Assembly: GCA_001599295.1 (NCBI GenBank)
Contig: BCGN01000004.1
Span: forward strand, 1,182,138 to 1,240,655
Reading direction: 5' to 3'
From: Sporopachydermia quercuum
Taxonomy: Eukaryota
Length of the DNA stretch: 58,518 nucleotides
Shown: positions 57,804 through 58,518 of the stretch, piece after piece
Numbering within the stretch: the first letter of the stretch is position 1
Layout of the letters: each line of letters begins with the position of its first letter
The notes under the pieces: generated by a model
Databases searched by the model: none
Told to the model about the DNA's origin: nothing
What the model saw: only the letters and a program-made list of their open reading frames with translations
Made by a program: the position numbers and the translations under genes

Positions 57804-58518
57804 AGACAGTCAAAAAGTTAAAATTATACTTACTTGTGGATTTATTATTAGTGATGTACTTAAGGGAATGAAGAGCATTTACTTTGAAAAAATTACTTCT
57901 AGACTCGGGAGAATTTCGTTAGCCAAAGTATAAGGAATTCTCTATAAGGATTAATGTGAGAGATTTATGACTGCTAGTGCTTAGTTTGGTTTATAAAATG
58001 GACTATGAAGTAGAGATCCAATGCAACACCTACTTTTTCCATGACTCTGACGATTGTGGATCATTATATACAGGCATGTACTTGACATTTCAGAAAATCA
58101 CCTACATGGTATTCTTTAATTGGCTTTGATGAGTTAAATTAATCGGTTATGATTCATAATACTAACAGTAGAATCAATCTTTTTCTCAACGGTCAGTGAG
58201 AACATAGGTTTTCAAAAGCATATGCTGTCAAATGACAAAAAATGACCAACTATTCCTGAACCTTATAAAATCACTTGTTTCGTTGAAACTGTGAGCTGTA
58301 CTAAGTATTAATAATGATAAAAAAGGTTTTATAATCATTATTCAAACAGTAAACTGAATCAACTGTTTCTAAATTGTGTTTTTTCAATTCCACTGAGTTA
58401 TATTGCTTCTTATTTTTACTTAATGTAACAACCAGCTATGCATTACTTATTACTAAACCACGTGACCTTTCACCTGACACATTGGCATTTCACATCTATC
58501 TATATTTCTATTTGTACC

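Noticed and set aside
57570..57933. ORFs overlapping the tRNA on both strands
   Set aside because: Spurious translations of the tRNA-Gln gene and its flanks.

Overview
Eukaryotic, AT-rich chromosomal segment from an intron-rich budding yeast (Saccharomycotina). CUG reads as Leu at conserved positions. About 20 protein-coding genes: partial BYE1-like, RPL14, SFT1, CAP1, HSE1, LAC1/LAG1, MRP4, a SHU1 candidate, MRT4, UFD4, a Gemin8-like orphan, STE20, MIF2, CUE2, an SMF2-like NRAMP, a divergent Ras-like GTPase, an ALD2/3-like dehydrogenase, a WOR2-like Zn2Cys6 factor, ALA1, POP5 and PRP45. There is also one intron-containing tRNA-Gln(CUG) and two box C/D snoRNAs (snR87/U16-type and U24) that appear to sit in introns of a spliced non-coding host transcript. 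I reconstructed 12 spliceosomal introns in 7 coding genes that the ORF track misses. The first 26 kb keeps the gene order and strands of the merged S. cerevisiae YKL005C-YKL010C and YHL001W-YHL007C blocks. Most notable: a probable SMN-complex subunit (Gemin8) in a budding yeast, the snoRNA host gene with U24 outside its usual RACK1/ASC1 intron, an atypical insert-laden Ras-like GTPase, and a Prp45 whose SNWKN signature reads SNYRN. No transposons or CRISPR arrays were seen. All homology calls come from recalled motifs and gene order, not from database searches.
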